DNA of 64,000 nucleotides, taken from positions 320,001 to 384,000 of the forward strand of contig OZ242195.1 in the NCBI GenBank assembly GCA_965205975.1, in the 5' to 3' direction. The stretch is from Candidatus Latescibacterota bacterium. Its GTDB lineage: Bacteria; Latescibacterota; UBA2968. The translations under genes and the position numbers were made by a program. Numbering within the stretch: position 1 is the first letter of the stretch; each line of letters opens with the position of its first letter. Below, piece after piece: positions 1 to 9,540 of the stretch. The notes beneath the pieces are model-generated. The model made no database searches. It saw nothing but the letters and a program-made list of their open reading frames with translations, and was not told the DNA's origin.

Positions 1-23
1 GGAGACCAGGAGATTAAGAGGAT

Positions 24-1142
24 TTGCAGGTGAAAATTGATGCCGCGGAAATTCGATATGTCGAGTTGCCGCTGATTTCGCCGTGGCGCACGGCTTATGG
101 CGAGGATGCGACGATTCATTCGGTGATGGTTAAACTCTCAAGTGGAGAAACCGTTGCCTGGGGTGAGGCTACGCCGTTTTACGCGCCGACTTATTCGTCC
201 GAGTCGGCCCGATCTGTTTATGAGACGGCGCGAGAATTTTTTTTGCCGCATCTGGTGGGAGAGCAGATAGAGACAGCGGCGGAACTGATGGCGCGGATTG
301 CGGTGTTTAAGGGCAATCCTTTTGCCAAAGCGGCTGTGGAGACCGCGTGGTGGGCATTGGATAGTAGGTTGAGAGGCGTACCGCTCTGGCAGTCGCTGGG
401 CGCAGTTGATCCTACGGTGGCATGCGGTGCTGATTTTGGTGTGCAGGATACGATTGATGAACTTTTATCGCTGATTCAGGAGGCTGTGGATGTGGGATAT
501 CCTCGGATAAAGCTGAAGGTACGGCACGGATGGGATATCGAGATGCTCAAAGCCGTGCGTTCGGCTTTTCCCGATCCCGTGATTCATGTGGATTGCAATT
601 CGGGGTATGATTTGAACGTGGATTTTGATACCCTCAAGGGATTTGATCAGTTCAATTTGGCGATGATTGAACAGCCATTGGATCATCTGGATCTGATTGA
701 GCACGCGGAGTTGCAAAGCCAAATCGAGACGCCTGTGTGTTTGGATGAGTCGGTCAAACGCCCGCGGGATTTTGAACTCGCCCTGAAAATTGGCGCCTGT
801 CGCGTGATCAATGTAAAACCCGGTCGCGTGGGAGGCTTGTTAAACGCTGTGAAAATTCACGATATGGCGCGCGATGCGGGCATAGATGCATGGGTGGGCG
901 GGATGCTGGAGAGCGGTGTTGGTGCCGGGATTTGTGCGGCGTTGGGTACGTTGCCGGGATTTAACTATCCGGCAGATGTATTTCCATCCCGCAAGTTTTA
1001 CGTTGAGGATATTACAGATCAGTGGATTGAGCAGGATGAGAATTGCAATGTAGTACTGGACGAGACACCCGGCGTTGGGTTCGATCCGATTCCCGAGCGT
1101 CTGGAGAAAGTGACGGTTATGAAAGCAGTTATAGAAGCGTAA
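24..1142 (+). CDS. menC: o-succinylbenzoate synthase / N-acylamino acid racemase (enolase superfamily)
   Basis: KLK motif (RIKLKV), metal ligands DCN/EQP/DES, KPGRVGG and WVGGMLE; TTG start after GAGG. No other men genes nearby, so a racemase role is equally possible. Confidence 0.8.
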   Translation: MQVKIDAAEIRYVELPLISPWRTAYGEDATIHSVMVKLSSGETVAWGEATPFYAPTYSSESARSVYETAREFFLPHLVGEQIETAAELMARIAVFKGNPFAKAAVETAWWALDSRLRGVPLWQSLGAVDPTVACGADFGVQDTIDELLSLIQEAVDVGYPRIKLKVRHGWDIEMLKAVRSAFPDPVIHVDCNSGYDLNVDFDTLKGFDQFNLAMIEQPLDHLDLIEHAELQSQIETPVCLDESVKRPRDFELALKIGACRVINVKPGRVGGLLNAVKIHDMARDAGIDAWVGGMLESGVGAGICAALGTLPGFNYPADVFPSRKFYVEDITDQWIEQDENCNVVLDETPGVGFDPIPERLEKVTVMKAVIEA

Positions 1143-1161
1143 AAGCAATGACAAAATTTCA

Positions 1162-1413
1162 CTATTCAACTAACTCCTGTTCTGCAATTTTTCCTTCTCT
1201 AACTTCAGCAATTGACTGGCGCAAATGATCTGCATTGGCAGGGTTTGAAAGCAGGTACAGAGTTTCCTGCCAGGAATTAAATTCTTCCAGAGATAGGAGA
1301 ACAGCTTTCTGACTTCCCTCGCCACAAATAATCATTGGTTCGGCATCGGCTGTAACGCGCTCAATAACGCGACCCAGATCATTTTTTGCTTCATTTACGG
1401 TGATGGCATTCAT
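1162..1413 (-). CDS. yefM: Phd/YefM family type II antitoxin (no cognate toxin adjacent)
   Basis: 83 aa from ATG at 1413; EAK..L..V...AEP and ETLYLLSNPANA..L..SI signatures. Confidence 0.88.
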   Translation of the reverse strand: MNAITVNEAKNDLGRVIERVTADAEPMIICGEGSQKAVLLSLEEFNSWQETLYLLSNPANADHLRQSIAEVREGKIAEQELVE

Positions 1414-1449
1414 AGATATCGCCCCAATCTGAAAAATTTGTCTGCACAA

Positions 1450-1478
1450 AATATACTGTAATTGCAACGCTCGGTCAA
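1450..1478 (-). promoter_or_regulatory. sigma70-type promoter of yefM
   Basis: TTGACC-17 nt-TATATT on the minus strand. Confidence 0.6.
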
Positions 1479-1488
1479 TCCGGTTAGG

Positions 1489-2400
1489 TTAGATTCCAGG
1501 TTCACTTCCCTTAAGCGGGCGCAAATTGCCTTCTATCGGTTCTACGGTGACAGATACGGTGAGTGCGTGTTGCCCACCGCCCAAGACTACGCCTTTGAGA
1601 GGGGTGACGTCGGCAAAGTCGCGGCCCCAGGCTAAGGTGATGTGCCGGTCATCACCGGGTATGAGGTTGTTGGTCGGATCAAAGTCGATCCAGCCGTGAT
1701 TGGGCAGGTACACAGAGAACCAGGCATGGGAGGCATCCGCGCCAATCAGGTAATCTGTTCCGGGGGAGGGCAGGGTCTCGAGATAGCCGCTTATATAGCG
1801 TGCGGCCAGACCCATAGCACGGAGGCAACCGATAGCCAGATGGGCAAAATCCTGACACACGCCTTTGCGGTGTTTGAACACATCGGATAATGGCGTGGAT
1901 ATGGTGGTGAATCCAGGTACGTATTCAAAGTCGTTGTAGATGCGTTGGGTGAGGTCGCTAACCGCTTCTATAAAGGGACGGTCTTTAGAAAATGACGGCT
2001 CCGCATATTTTGTCAACTCGGGGATGGTAGTGGCTTTGGGAGAATCCAGTGCAAATTGGCGCACTGAAAGAAGGTCGGGATCGGTTGTGGTTTTGAGGAT
2101 GTGACACACGGTTTCCCAGGGCATATCGCTGGTCAATTGGGCTTGCGATACGATATGCACATCGCTTTCGGCTGTGACTGAGAGGATATTATGGGGTTGT
2201 TCGATGGAAAAATAGGCGGTGCGATTGCCAAAAAAATCTTTTCGCTCGCGAAAAAATGCTGGCTGTGGATTGATGGTGATGTGGCTATTTAAGCATGTCT
2301 GATTGAAAAAACTGCGCGGGCTCAATCGGGCTTGATTGTGAGACAGGCTCACGGTCTCTGCATATTCGTAGTGGCTCTGATGTGTGATGCGATAATTCAT
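1489..2400 (-). CDS. Transglutaminase-like protein (N-terminal Bact_transglu_N plus core domain)
   Basis: YRITHQSHYEY N-terminus; Cys-His-Asp triad in GVCQDFAH, ASHAW and FDPTN. Confidence 0.92.
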   Translation of the reverse strand: MNYRITHQSHYEYAETVSLSHNQARLSPRSFFNQTCLNSHITINPQPAFFRERKDFFGNRTAYFSIEQPHNILSVTAESDVHIVSQAQLTSDMPWETVCHILKTTTDPDLLSVRQFALDSPKATTIPELTKYAEPSFSKDRPFIEAVSDLTQRIYNDFEYVPGFTTISTPLSDVFKHRKGVCQDFAHLAIGCLRAMGLAARYISGYLETLPSPGTDYLIGADASHAWFSVYLPNHGWIDFDPTNNLIPGDDRHITLAWGRDFADVTPLKGVVLGGGQHALTVSVTVEPIEGNLRPLKGSEPGI

Positions 2401-3911
2401 GTGCCAAAGTTCCGGTGTGGGAGACCGTCGATTACCCAGGTGTCTTTGCTGTGTACAAACGTATGCGTAGGAACGACAAAATTGTCGCGTTCGGGTGCGC
2501 TGCGCGTGAGGCCTCCAGGCATTACCGAGTATGTATTTTGGTGGGAGACTGCAAAGGCTGTGAGAGTGGTATAGCGAGATTCGAGATGCCCGTTGATCAG
2601 GGAAGGCGCTGTTGCAAAGCTGACTTGTTCCTGGCCTGCGTAACGGGTGGGATTTGCCCTGATGCGATCGCGCCAGACTTCGCGCTCGGCGCGGCTGAGC
2701 AAGGCACCGAAGACGCGGGGAATAGCTGATTGCTGATCAATTGGACAGAGAACCAGACTGTCGAGATGGTCGAGTACGTAGTTCATTTCTCGCGCTTGTC
2801 CGCACCACCAGGTGGCTACCGAGGGCAGGATGAGGTCTTCGTCCAGCAAGTGTCGCGCAATGCCGGGCAAAAAAGGCATCAAGCCCGGATTTTCGAGTAC
2901 GCTACTGCCCAGAGGATTGGCAATGGCAACGTGCCCATTTCGCACGGCATCGAGTAGCCCGGCAACGCCGAGTTGCGATTCTTCGTAGAGTTCCAATGGG
3001 TCGCAAAAATCGTCATTAATGCGGCGCAAAATGATATCAACGGGATGCAAGCCATCGATGGATTTGAGCCACGCGTGCCTATCGCGCACGATGAGGTTAT
3101 CGCCTTGCACAAGGGTATAACCCAGATAAGCTGAGAGATATGCATGCTCAAAATAGGTGGCGTTAAAAGGCCCTGGGGTCAGTACGACGATCCGGGGGTT
3201 TTCTTTGTTGTGAGGCGCAATTTCAGACAGGCCAGATTGAAAGGTGCGAAAAAAATCGGCCAGACGCCGCACATTGCAGTCGTTGAACAAGGTGGGCATA
3301 ATGCGCGACATCGCGGTTCTGTTTTCGAGCGCGTACCCCAGGCCCGAAGGTGCCTGTGTGTGGTCGTACAAAACCCACATTTGTCCATCGGGTCCTCGCG
3401 CGAGATTGGCGGCATAGATGCGCAATTGATGTTCAGCAGGCAGAAAGACATCTTTGCAGGATCTCAAAAAACCCGCGTGATTGTAGATGGGTTCAAAGGG
3501 TAAAAGGCCCTCTCGGATGAGTGTTTGGGGACCGTATATGTCTTTGAGCACAAGGTTGAGTAATTCGGCGCGTTGAGACACCCCTCGCGCAATATGGGTC
3601 CAGTCATTTGCCTGAAGCAGGAGGGGGATGGGATCGAGTTCCCGAGGGCGATGCAAGCCATCGGGATTGTCGGGTACGTTATACGTAACGCCGTTTTCGC
3701 GCAGCAATAGTCGCGCTTCCTGGTCGCGGCGTGCCAGTTCTTTGCTGCCCATGCGTTCTATTGCTGAAAAAAAGGGATGCCAATGGGCGCGCACCCCGTC
3801 TTTTTGATCCCACATTTCGTCGTAAGAACCGGGGGCAGGGGCGTACCCTTCGGGCATAATATCGGCAATTTCAGGTGGGGTTTTGGACAAGGCAGATTTC
3901 CCGTACAACAA
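2397..3911 (-). CDS. Circularly permuted type 2 ATP-grasp protein, divergent and short paralog
   Basis: TQAPSG.GYALENR, YFEHAYL, MPGGLTR and SKDTWV motifs; start codon uncertain. Confidence 0.88.
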   Translation of the reverse strand: MLYGKSALSKTPPEIADIMPEGYAPAPGSYDEMWDQKDGVRAHWHPFFSAIERMGSKELARRDQEARLLLRENGVTYNVPDNPDGLHRPRELDPIPLLLQANDWTHIARGVSQRAELLNLVLKDIYGPQTLIREGLLPFEPIYNHAGFLRSCKDVFLPAEHQLRIYAANLARGPDGQMWVLYDHTQAPSGLGYALENRTAMSRIMPTLFNDCNVRRLADFFRTFQSGLSEIAPHNKENPRIVVLTPGPFNATYFEHAYLSAYLGYTLVQGDNLIVRDRHAWLKSIDGLHPVDIILRRINDDFCDPLELYEESQLGVAGLLDAVRNGHVAIANPLGSSVLENPGLMPFLPGIARHLLDEDLILPSVATWWCGQAREMNYVLDHLDSLVLCPIDQQSAIPRVFGALLSRAEREVWRDRIRANPTRYAGQEQVSFATAPSLINGHLESRYTTLTAFAVSHQNTYSVMPGGLTRSAPERDNFVVPTHTFVHSKDTWVIDGLPHRNFGT

Positions 3912-3926
3912 AAAAAGAGGAAGATT

Positions 3927-4886
3927 TCAGACGGTCGTGGAGGAGGGCGAAGTTGCGAAGAAGGTTTCGAAAATTGCGTTGTCAAGCTGGTTGAGTCGCG
4001 TTTGAAATGCGTCGAGGTATTCGTGCAGGCCCTGCGAAATGATTTCATCGATACTGGTGTAATCCAGTTCGGCGAGCAGGCGACCCAGTACTTGTTCAGA
4101 TGTGTTTTGGAAAGAGCCTTCGGGTGTGCCCGATATGGTGTGCAAGGATTGATTGGCCCTGGAAAGACAGTATCGAATAGCGCGAGGAAATTCGCGGTTT
4201 AAGAGCAAGAAATCGACCACATTATGGGGTTCGATAGGGCCAAATTGCTTGCGATACATTTCGAGGGCACTGGCAGATTTGAGCAATGCCGACCACTGGA
4301 TATTGTCATAGGCCGTGCCCACATCATCAACTTCGGGCAATAAAAAGAAGTATTTGACATCGAGGATGCGCGAGGTTTTATCGGCGCGTTCTAAGTCCCG
4401 ACCCAGTTGAGCAAATTGCCAGGCTTCATTGTGAGACATGGTGTTGCGCTGAATGCCTGTGAACAGGTGACTGGCCATGATGATATCTGTAAAGTAGGCA
4501 TGGGGTGCATCCTGTGCATGGGGTTTGTCGATATTTTGTACCTGCAAGTAGAATTTGTTAATCTGTTCCCACATTTCCGTTGAAATAATTTCTCGGATAG
4601 AACGCGCATTTTCACGGGCGTTTCGCAAGCAGGAGAGAATGGAATTGGGATTTACGGGACTAAATGTCAGGAAGTCGATGACGTTGGCCTGGTTGTCCGT
4701 TGCGTAGTTTTCGTAGAACAGGTCCTGGTCGCCTGTGGTGAGCACAAGCGGTTCCCACTGTCCTTTGGCTTCAACGGGTAAGTCGAGCATCAAGTGACAA
4801 TTGACCTCAATAAAGCGGGCGACATTTTCGGCGCGTTCAAGATAACGACTCATCCAGTAAATGGATTCTGCTGTGCGGCTTAACAT
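3927..4886 (-). CDS. Alpha-E domain protein (DUF403)
   Basis: MLSRTAESIYWMSRYLERAEN and LGRDLERADKTSRILDVKY (ER motifs). Confidence 0.93.
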   Translation of the reverse strand: MLSRTAESIYWMSRYLERAENVARFIEVNCHLMLDLPVEAKGQWEPLVLTTGDQDLFYENYATDNQANVIDFLTFSPVNPNSILSCLRNARENARSIREIISTEMWEQINKFYLQVQNIDKPHAQDAPHAYFTDIIMASHLFTGIQRNTMSHNEAWQFAQLGRDLERADKTSRILDVKYFFLLPEVDDVGTAYDNIQWSALLKSASALEMYRKQFGPIEPHNVVDFLLLNREFPRAIRYCLSRANQSLHTISGTPEGSFQNTSEQVLGRLLAELDYTSIDEIISQGLHEYLDAFQTRLNQLDNAIFETFFATSPSSTTV

Positions 4887-4900
4887 AAGATGGCTCGGCG

Positions 4901-6382
4901 TTAGTGCGTTTGTGAAAGGTACCTGGACGGGACAAGTGGATCGTCGCTGTCGTATAATACCCAGGTGTCTTTGCTTCCCCCACCTTGTGAAGAGTTGACC
5001 ACCAGAGATCCTTTTTTAAGGGCCACGCGCGTCAGCCCGCCGGGCAAGACATAAGTATCTTCGCCATTGTAGAGGATATAGGGCCGCAAATCGACATGGC
5101 GGCCTTCAAAGTGGTCTTCTACCAGAATAGGGCTTCGCGAGAGTGCAATGGTGGGTTGTGCAATATAATTGCGTGGGTTTTGGGTGATGCGGTTGGCAAA
5201 GTCTTCGCGTTCGGCTCGTGTGGCATGCACGCCAATGAGCATGCCATATCCGCCCGACTCATTGGCGGCTTTGACCACAAGGGTGTCCAGGTTTTCGAGT
5301 ACATGCTGGCGCTGCTTGTCGTCCCAACAAACATAAGTGGGCACATTGGGCAGCAGGATGTCTTCGTTGAGATAATATTTGATGATCTGCGGCACATAAG
5401 CATATACGACCTTGTCGTCGGCAACACCTGTGCCGGGCGCATTCGCAATGGCGACCTGACCATTTTTATAGACCTCCATGAGTCCGGGTACTCCCAACAT
5501 AGAATCGGGGCGAAAGACTTTTGGGTCGAGAAATTCGGCATCAATGCGCCGATAAATAACGTCAATGCGCTGGAATCCACGGGTCGTTCGCATCGCCACA
5601 GTACCATCGGCAACGACGAGGTCTCGGCCTTCGACCAATTCGATACCCATTTGTTGGGCGAGAAAGGCATGTTCAAAATAGGCCGAGTTGTAGATGCCGG
5701 GTGTGAGTAAAACGACAGTTGGCGATGTGACATGGGCAGGAGATAGAGAACGCAATGTGTTGAGCAATTGAGCGGGATATTCATCGACGTGTCGCACATG
5801 AGAAGCTTCAAATACTTCCGGAAATATGCGTTTGAGAACCTCGCGATTTTCAAGCACGTAAGACACGCCCGAAGGACATCGCATATTGTCTTCGAGAATG
5901 TAAAACTGGCCGTCTTTATCGCGCACGAGATCAATGCCGGAAATATGACACCACACATCTTTGGGCGGCGAAAGGTCCATACAGGGTTTTAGAAATTCTT
6001 TAGCTGTGTCGATGGCGTAGCGGGGTATGATGCCGTCTTTGAGGATTTTTTGATCGGTGTAGATGTCGCAGATAAAGAGGTTGAGGGCCTGAATGCGTTG
6101 CACGAGGCCCTTTTCGATGTAGGTCCAATCGGTATGAGAAACGATGCGGGGAATGATGTCGAAGGGAAAAATTTTTTCAACGCCAGCTTCGTGGCCATAC
6201 ACGTTAAACGTGATGCCCATGTTCATCAAGGCCAGTTCGGCGGCTTGATGGCGTTTTTGGAGTTCGTCTTTGGAGAGTTCACCGAGTTTTTCGAGGAGCA
6301 AGCGTGCGCCGGGATGGGGCGTGTTCGGAGATTCAAAGAGTTCGTCGTAAAATCCGCCGAGTTCATAAGATGAAAAATCCAT
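4901..6382 (-). CDS. Circularly permuted type 2 ATP-grasp protein (predicted peptide/amide ligase)
   Basis: [25 protein letters not shown] and [15 protein letters not shown]; start reassigned to MDFSSY at 6382. Confidence 0.93.
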   Translation of the reverse strand: MDFSSYELGGFYDELFESPNTPHPGARLLLEKLGELSKDELQKRHQAAELALMNMGITFNVYGHEAGVEKIFPFDIIPRIVSHTDWTYIEKGLVQRIQALNLFICDIYTDQKILKDGIIPRYAIDTAKEFLKPCMDLSPPKDVWCHISGIDLVRDKDGQFYILEDNMRCPSGVSYVLENREVLKRIFPEVFEASHVRHVDEYPAQLLNTLRSLSPAHVTSPTVVLLTPGIYNSAYFEHAFLAQQMGIELVEGRDLVVADGTVAMRTTRGFQRIDVIYRRIDAEFLDPKVFRPDSMLGVPGLMEVYKNGQVAIANAPGTGVADDKVVYAYVPQIIKYYLNEDILLPNVPTYVCWDDKQRQHVLENLDTLVVKAANESGGYGMLIGVHATRAEREDFANRITQNPRNYIAQPTIALSRSPILVEDHFEGRHVDLRPYILYNGEDTYVLPGGLTRVALKKGSLVVNSSQGGGSKDTWVLYDSDDPLVPSRYLSQTH

Positions 6383-6431
6383 GTATTCACCATAAAAAAA
6401 AGAATGACTTATGTGATGTAGCGACGAAAAA

Positions 6432-6460
6432 ATAATAAAGCTATGGAGAGCACCTGTCAA
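6432..6460 (-). promoter_or_regulatory. sigma70-type promoter of the ATP-grasp operon
   Basis: TTGACA-17 nt-TATTAT on the minus strand. Confidence 0.55.
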
Positions 6461-6523
6461 TTGTTTTTGGGTGAAATGCGGGAGGTGTCTGCAGATGGAT
6501 TGTCACATCTCACCACCATCGCA

Positions 6524-6552
6524 TTGACCACGTACTGCAATTGCAGTATATT
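6524..6552 (+). promoter_or_regulatory. Promoter with an overlapping perfect 16-bp palindromic operator
   Basis: TTGACC-17 nt-TATATT; palindrome TACTGCAATTGCAGTA at 6533-6548. Confidence 0.65.
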
Positions 6553-6596
6553 TTCTACTACTTTTCTTTTACTTTAGGCTATTATTTTGAGGAGGT

Positions 6597-8450
6597 ATGG
6601 TTATGGCTATCGCTACTCAAAGTTTCCAGGATCGACTCATGGACGGGGATATGACCCTGGATGTTTCTCCGGAGGTGGATCCGGGTAATCTGGTGTATCA
6701 CAAATTGTGCTCTGCTGATGATTTTGCAGAAGGCGAAGGGAAGCCGTTTACAGTGGAGGGCACCCACATCGCCGTTTTCCGCTACGAAGGGGAGTTCAAT
6801 GCGGTAGATAACCGCTGTCCGCACATGGGATATCCGATGTCCGAGGGCAGTGTTCGGGACGGGGTCCTGATCTGTCACTGGCACCACTGGGAGTTCGACC
6901 TTAAGACGGGCGGCTGTTTCATAACCTCCGGAGCCGGAAATGATCTGAAGAGCTTTCCCGTGGAGGTGCGAGACGACGGGTGTCTGTACGTGGGACTTGC
7001 GCCGGGCGAAAAAGAGGCGGCCAGACGCCGGCGGATTGACCGGGGGAAGTATATTCTTGAGCAGGGTCTGAAAGATCGGAGCTCGCTCCTGATTGCCAAG
7101 GCGATTACCGCGCTAAGGGCTGCGGGCGCCACGCCGCAGGAGATGATCCAGCAGGGACTTTTTTACGGAGCATATAAATCGAATGAGGGGTGGTCATCGG
7201 GGGTGGCTATTTTGACGCTGGCTGCAAATATGTGGGAAGATGTTGATGAGAGGGACCACAATCTTTTCCTGGTCCACGGGCTGACACAGATTTCCAGACG
7301 CACATCAGGAGGCTCGCGGCGACAGGGTTTCCCTTTGCCCAAAACATCGGACGAACCGGACCTGGAGACCCTCAAACGCTGGTTTCGGCGGCTGGTAGAT
7401 CAGCGCAGCAGCAGCGCAGCACAGCGTATTCTGATGACCATGTACGACCGTGGATATTCACCGGAAGAGATTGCGGATATCGTTTTTACCACGGCGACGG
7501 ATTTCTATTTTACCGGGGACGGTCACGCGCTCGATTTCGCGAATAAGATGTTCGAGGCCTTAGATTATGTAGATTGGGAAGGGGCCAATGAGATTTTGAG
7601 ACCGATTGTGGTAGATTTAGTGGGCAGGGAACGACATGAGGAGACCGCTCGGTGGGAAGACAGCGTGCCGGTCCTGGAAGATATTTTCACTCGTCTGGAC
7701 GAGATGTGGGAAGCGAACCAGGAGAACGAGGCACCGCTGGATATTTCTGCTTTTACGCAGACGCTGCTGGGGGAGGAGTTCGAGCCGATTGTCGCCGAGA
7801 TTGAAGACAAACTGCGCGAGGGTGTGAAGCCCACGGATATCTGCCGGGCGATGACCTATGCCGGGGCCATCCGCACGGCGCGGTTCCACCTCAAGAATGA
7901 GGGAGACTGGCACGATGTGGCGAATATTTACTCTTATGCCCATGCCCTCTATCGCGCTTTCCATCTGGCACCGAGCAAAGAGCTTTTGCGCGGCATTTTC
8001 CACGGCGCTGTGTTTATGACCTATTTGCGCTGGCTCAACATGCCAGCGGCCCGCCTGCCCAGGGAAGGACAGCGGCTGGACGAGACGTTCGCGTCTGAGG
8101 ACAAGATGTTGGACCGGCTACAGGAGTTTGCGGATTTCCAGAAGGTCTTCGAGGCTGAGGTCCTGGTAAGCCAGTACCTGGAGGAAGGATACGATATCGC
8201 GAAGCTCAGGCATACTTTGGCCCATATTATGCTGCGCGAGGATGCGGAGTTGCACATGTTCCAGGTGCTGGAGGTGGCGTTCCGGCACTACGACCTGTCG
8301 GACGATCCGAAGGAGAAGCGTATGCACCTGCTGGCGGCGACCCGGTATATTACCGCCCAGAAGGTGATGAAGGGAATTCTGTGGTCCACGGAGAACGCGG
8401 AGCGGCTGCAGCGCGGGGAACTGCTAAGCGAGCGGGATGATGATAATTAG
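6597..8450 (+). CDS. Rieske [2Fe-2S] ferredoxin domain fused to a long helical domain of unknown function
   Basis: CPHMGY and CHWHHW Rieske motifs in the N-terminal ~130 aa; strong GAGGAGG RBS. Confidence 0.85.
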   Translation: MVMAIATQSFQDRLMDGDMTLDVSPEVDPGNLVYHKLCSADDFAEGEGKPFTVEGTHIAVFRYEGEFNAVDNRCPHMGYPMSEGSVRDGVLICHWHHWEFDLKTGGCFITSGAGNDLKSFPVEVRDDGCLYVGLAPGEKEAARRRRIDRGKYILEQGLKDRSSLLIAKAITALRAAGATPQEMIQQGLFYGAYKSNEGWSSGVAILTLAANMWEDVDERDHNLFLVHGLTQISRRTSGGSRRQGFPLPKTSDEPDLETLKRWFRRLVDQRSSSAAQRILMTMYDRGYSPEEIADIVFTTATDFYFTGDGHALDFANKMFEALDYVDWEGANEILRPIVVDLVGRERHEETARWEDSVPVLEDIFTRLDEMWEANQENEAPLDISAFTQTLLGEEFEPIVAEIEDKLREGVKPTDICRAMTYAGAIRTARFHLKNEGDWHDVANIYSYAHALYRAFHLAPSKELLRGIFHGAVFMTYLRWLNMPAARLPREGQRLDETFASEDKMLDRLQEFADFQKVFEAEVLVSQYLEEGYDIAKLRHTLAHIMLREDAELHMFQVLEVAFRHYDLSDDPKEKRMHLLAATRYITAQKVMKGILWSTENAERLQRGELLSERDDDN

Positions 8451-8485
8451 GCCAAGGGGCAAGGTGAAGGCATAGGGCTGAACAG

Positions 8486-8519
8486 GCAGTAGCAGGCAAC
8501 ATCCTGCTACTGCTTTTTT
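8486..8519 (+). terminator. Intrinsic terminator
   Basis: GCAGTAGCAGG-caacat-CCTGCTACTGC-TTTTTT. Confidence 0.85.
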
Positions 8520-8531
8520 GTGTGCCACTCA

Positions 8532-9530
8532 CTATCTGATCGATAGAAATTTTCCACCTTTTCTCGCCGATTCTTCGGCTGTAATACAGGCATTGGCAAC
8601 GGCGAGGGTATCGTCTGTTGAGATCGAGTTTTCTTCGTCGCGCGAGAGTGCATCGATCATATTTTCAACAAATGTGTGATTAGTTGAGGGAGGGAGTTTG
8701 GGTTCGTAAGTGCCCGATTTGTTGGAGACAATGAGTACGTGGTCGTCGGCGTAGGCGCGTAAGTGTGCCGAGCCTTCGGTGCCCATGATAATGAATCGCG
8801 TGTCGCCAAAAGACCGCGCATCGTTTGGGGTGAGCCAATCGGCAGTGGCGGTGGCAAGTGCGCCATTGTCGAGTTGAAACGAAGCCTGGACGTGATCGAA
8901 TGTGAGACCCGTGTTGATGTGTTTTTTGAGTGTGCCGAGCGCGTGAACACCCGTGTATTCTGCGCCGGTGAGCCAGCGAATTTGATCCACGCCGTGGCCT
9001 GCTAAATCGTGGAATGTACCCACATATTTGTCAGCATCGAAGTAGAGTGCAGGGGGATTTGCGCCGAGTTTGTGCGGATGGGTGGTGATGAGGCTTATGA
9101 GGTCACCCAAATCGCCATTTTGAATCGCCTGTCTCAATGCGATAAATGCACCATAACGGCGGGAAGTGAAAAAGGTGGAGAGTTTGATGTTGTTCTTTGT
9201 TATAGCCGTTTTGATGCGTTGTAATTCTTCCCGCGTTCGGCAGAGCGGTTTGTCGAGTAGTATGTGGACGCTGGCTGCGGCACATGTTTCGATGACAGGC
9301 GTTTTTTCGTGATGTTCGAGACCCTCAATTACCAGATCGGGTTTTGCTTTTTCAAGCATCTGCTCAAGTGTGGCAAAGCGGGTGATATTGTGGTCTGCGG
9401 TATATTTTTTGCAAAGCGCGTCATCGGATTCTACAATGCCGACGATTTCACCGTTTGGCGCGTTGACCGCCGAGTGAAGCATACCGCTTATATGTCCGTA
9501 GTGCATGCCCATAATACCGATTTTCATCAT
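8532..9530 (-). CDS. Gfo/Idh/MocA family oxidoreductase
   Basis: KIGIMG Rossmann start, LLDKP, and DLAGHGVD. Confidence 0.85.
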   Translation of the reverse strand: MMKIGIMGMHYGHISGMLHSAVNAPNGEIVGIVESDDALCKKYTADHNITRFATLEQMLEKAKPDLVIEGLEHHEKTPVIETCAAASVHILLDKPLCRTREELQRIKTAITKNNIKLSTFFTSRRYGAFIALRQAIQNGDLGDLISLITTHPHKLGANPPALYFDADKYVGTFHDLAGHGVDQIRWLTGAEYTGVHALGTLKKHINTGLTFDHVQASFQLDNGALATATADWLTPNDARSFGDTRFIIMGTEGSAHLRAYADDHVLIVSNKSGTYEPKLPPSTNHTFVENMIDALSRDEENSISTDDTLAVANACITAEESARKGGKFLSIR

Positions 9531-9540
9531 AGCGTCCTTC

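Noticed and set aside
840..1169. Minus-strand ORF just downstream of yefM as a possible YoeB toxin
   Set aside because: It is antisense to the menC-like gene and has no YoeB/RelE motifs.
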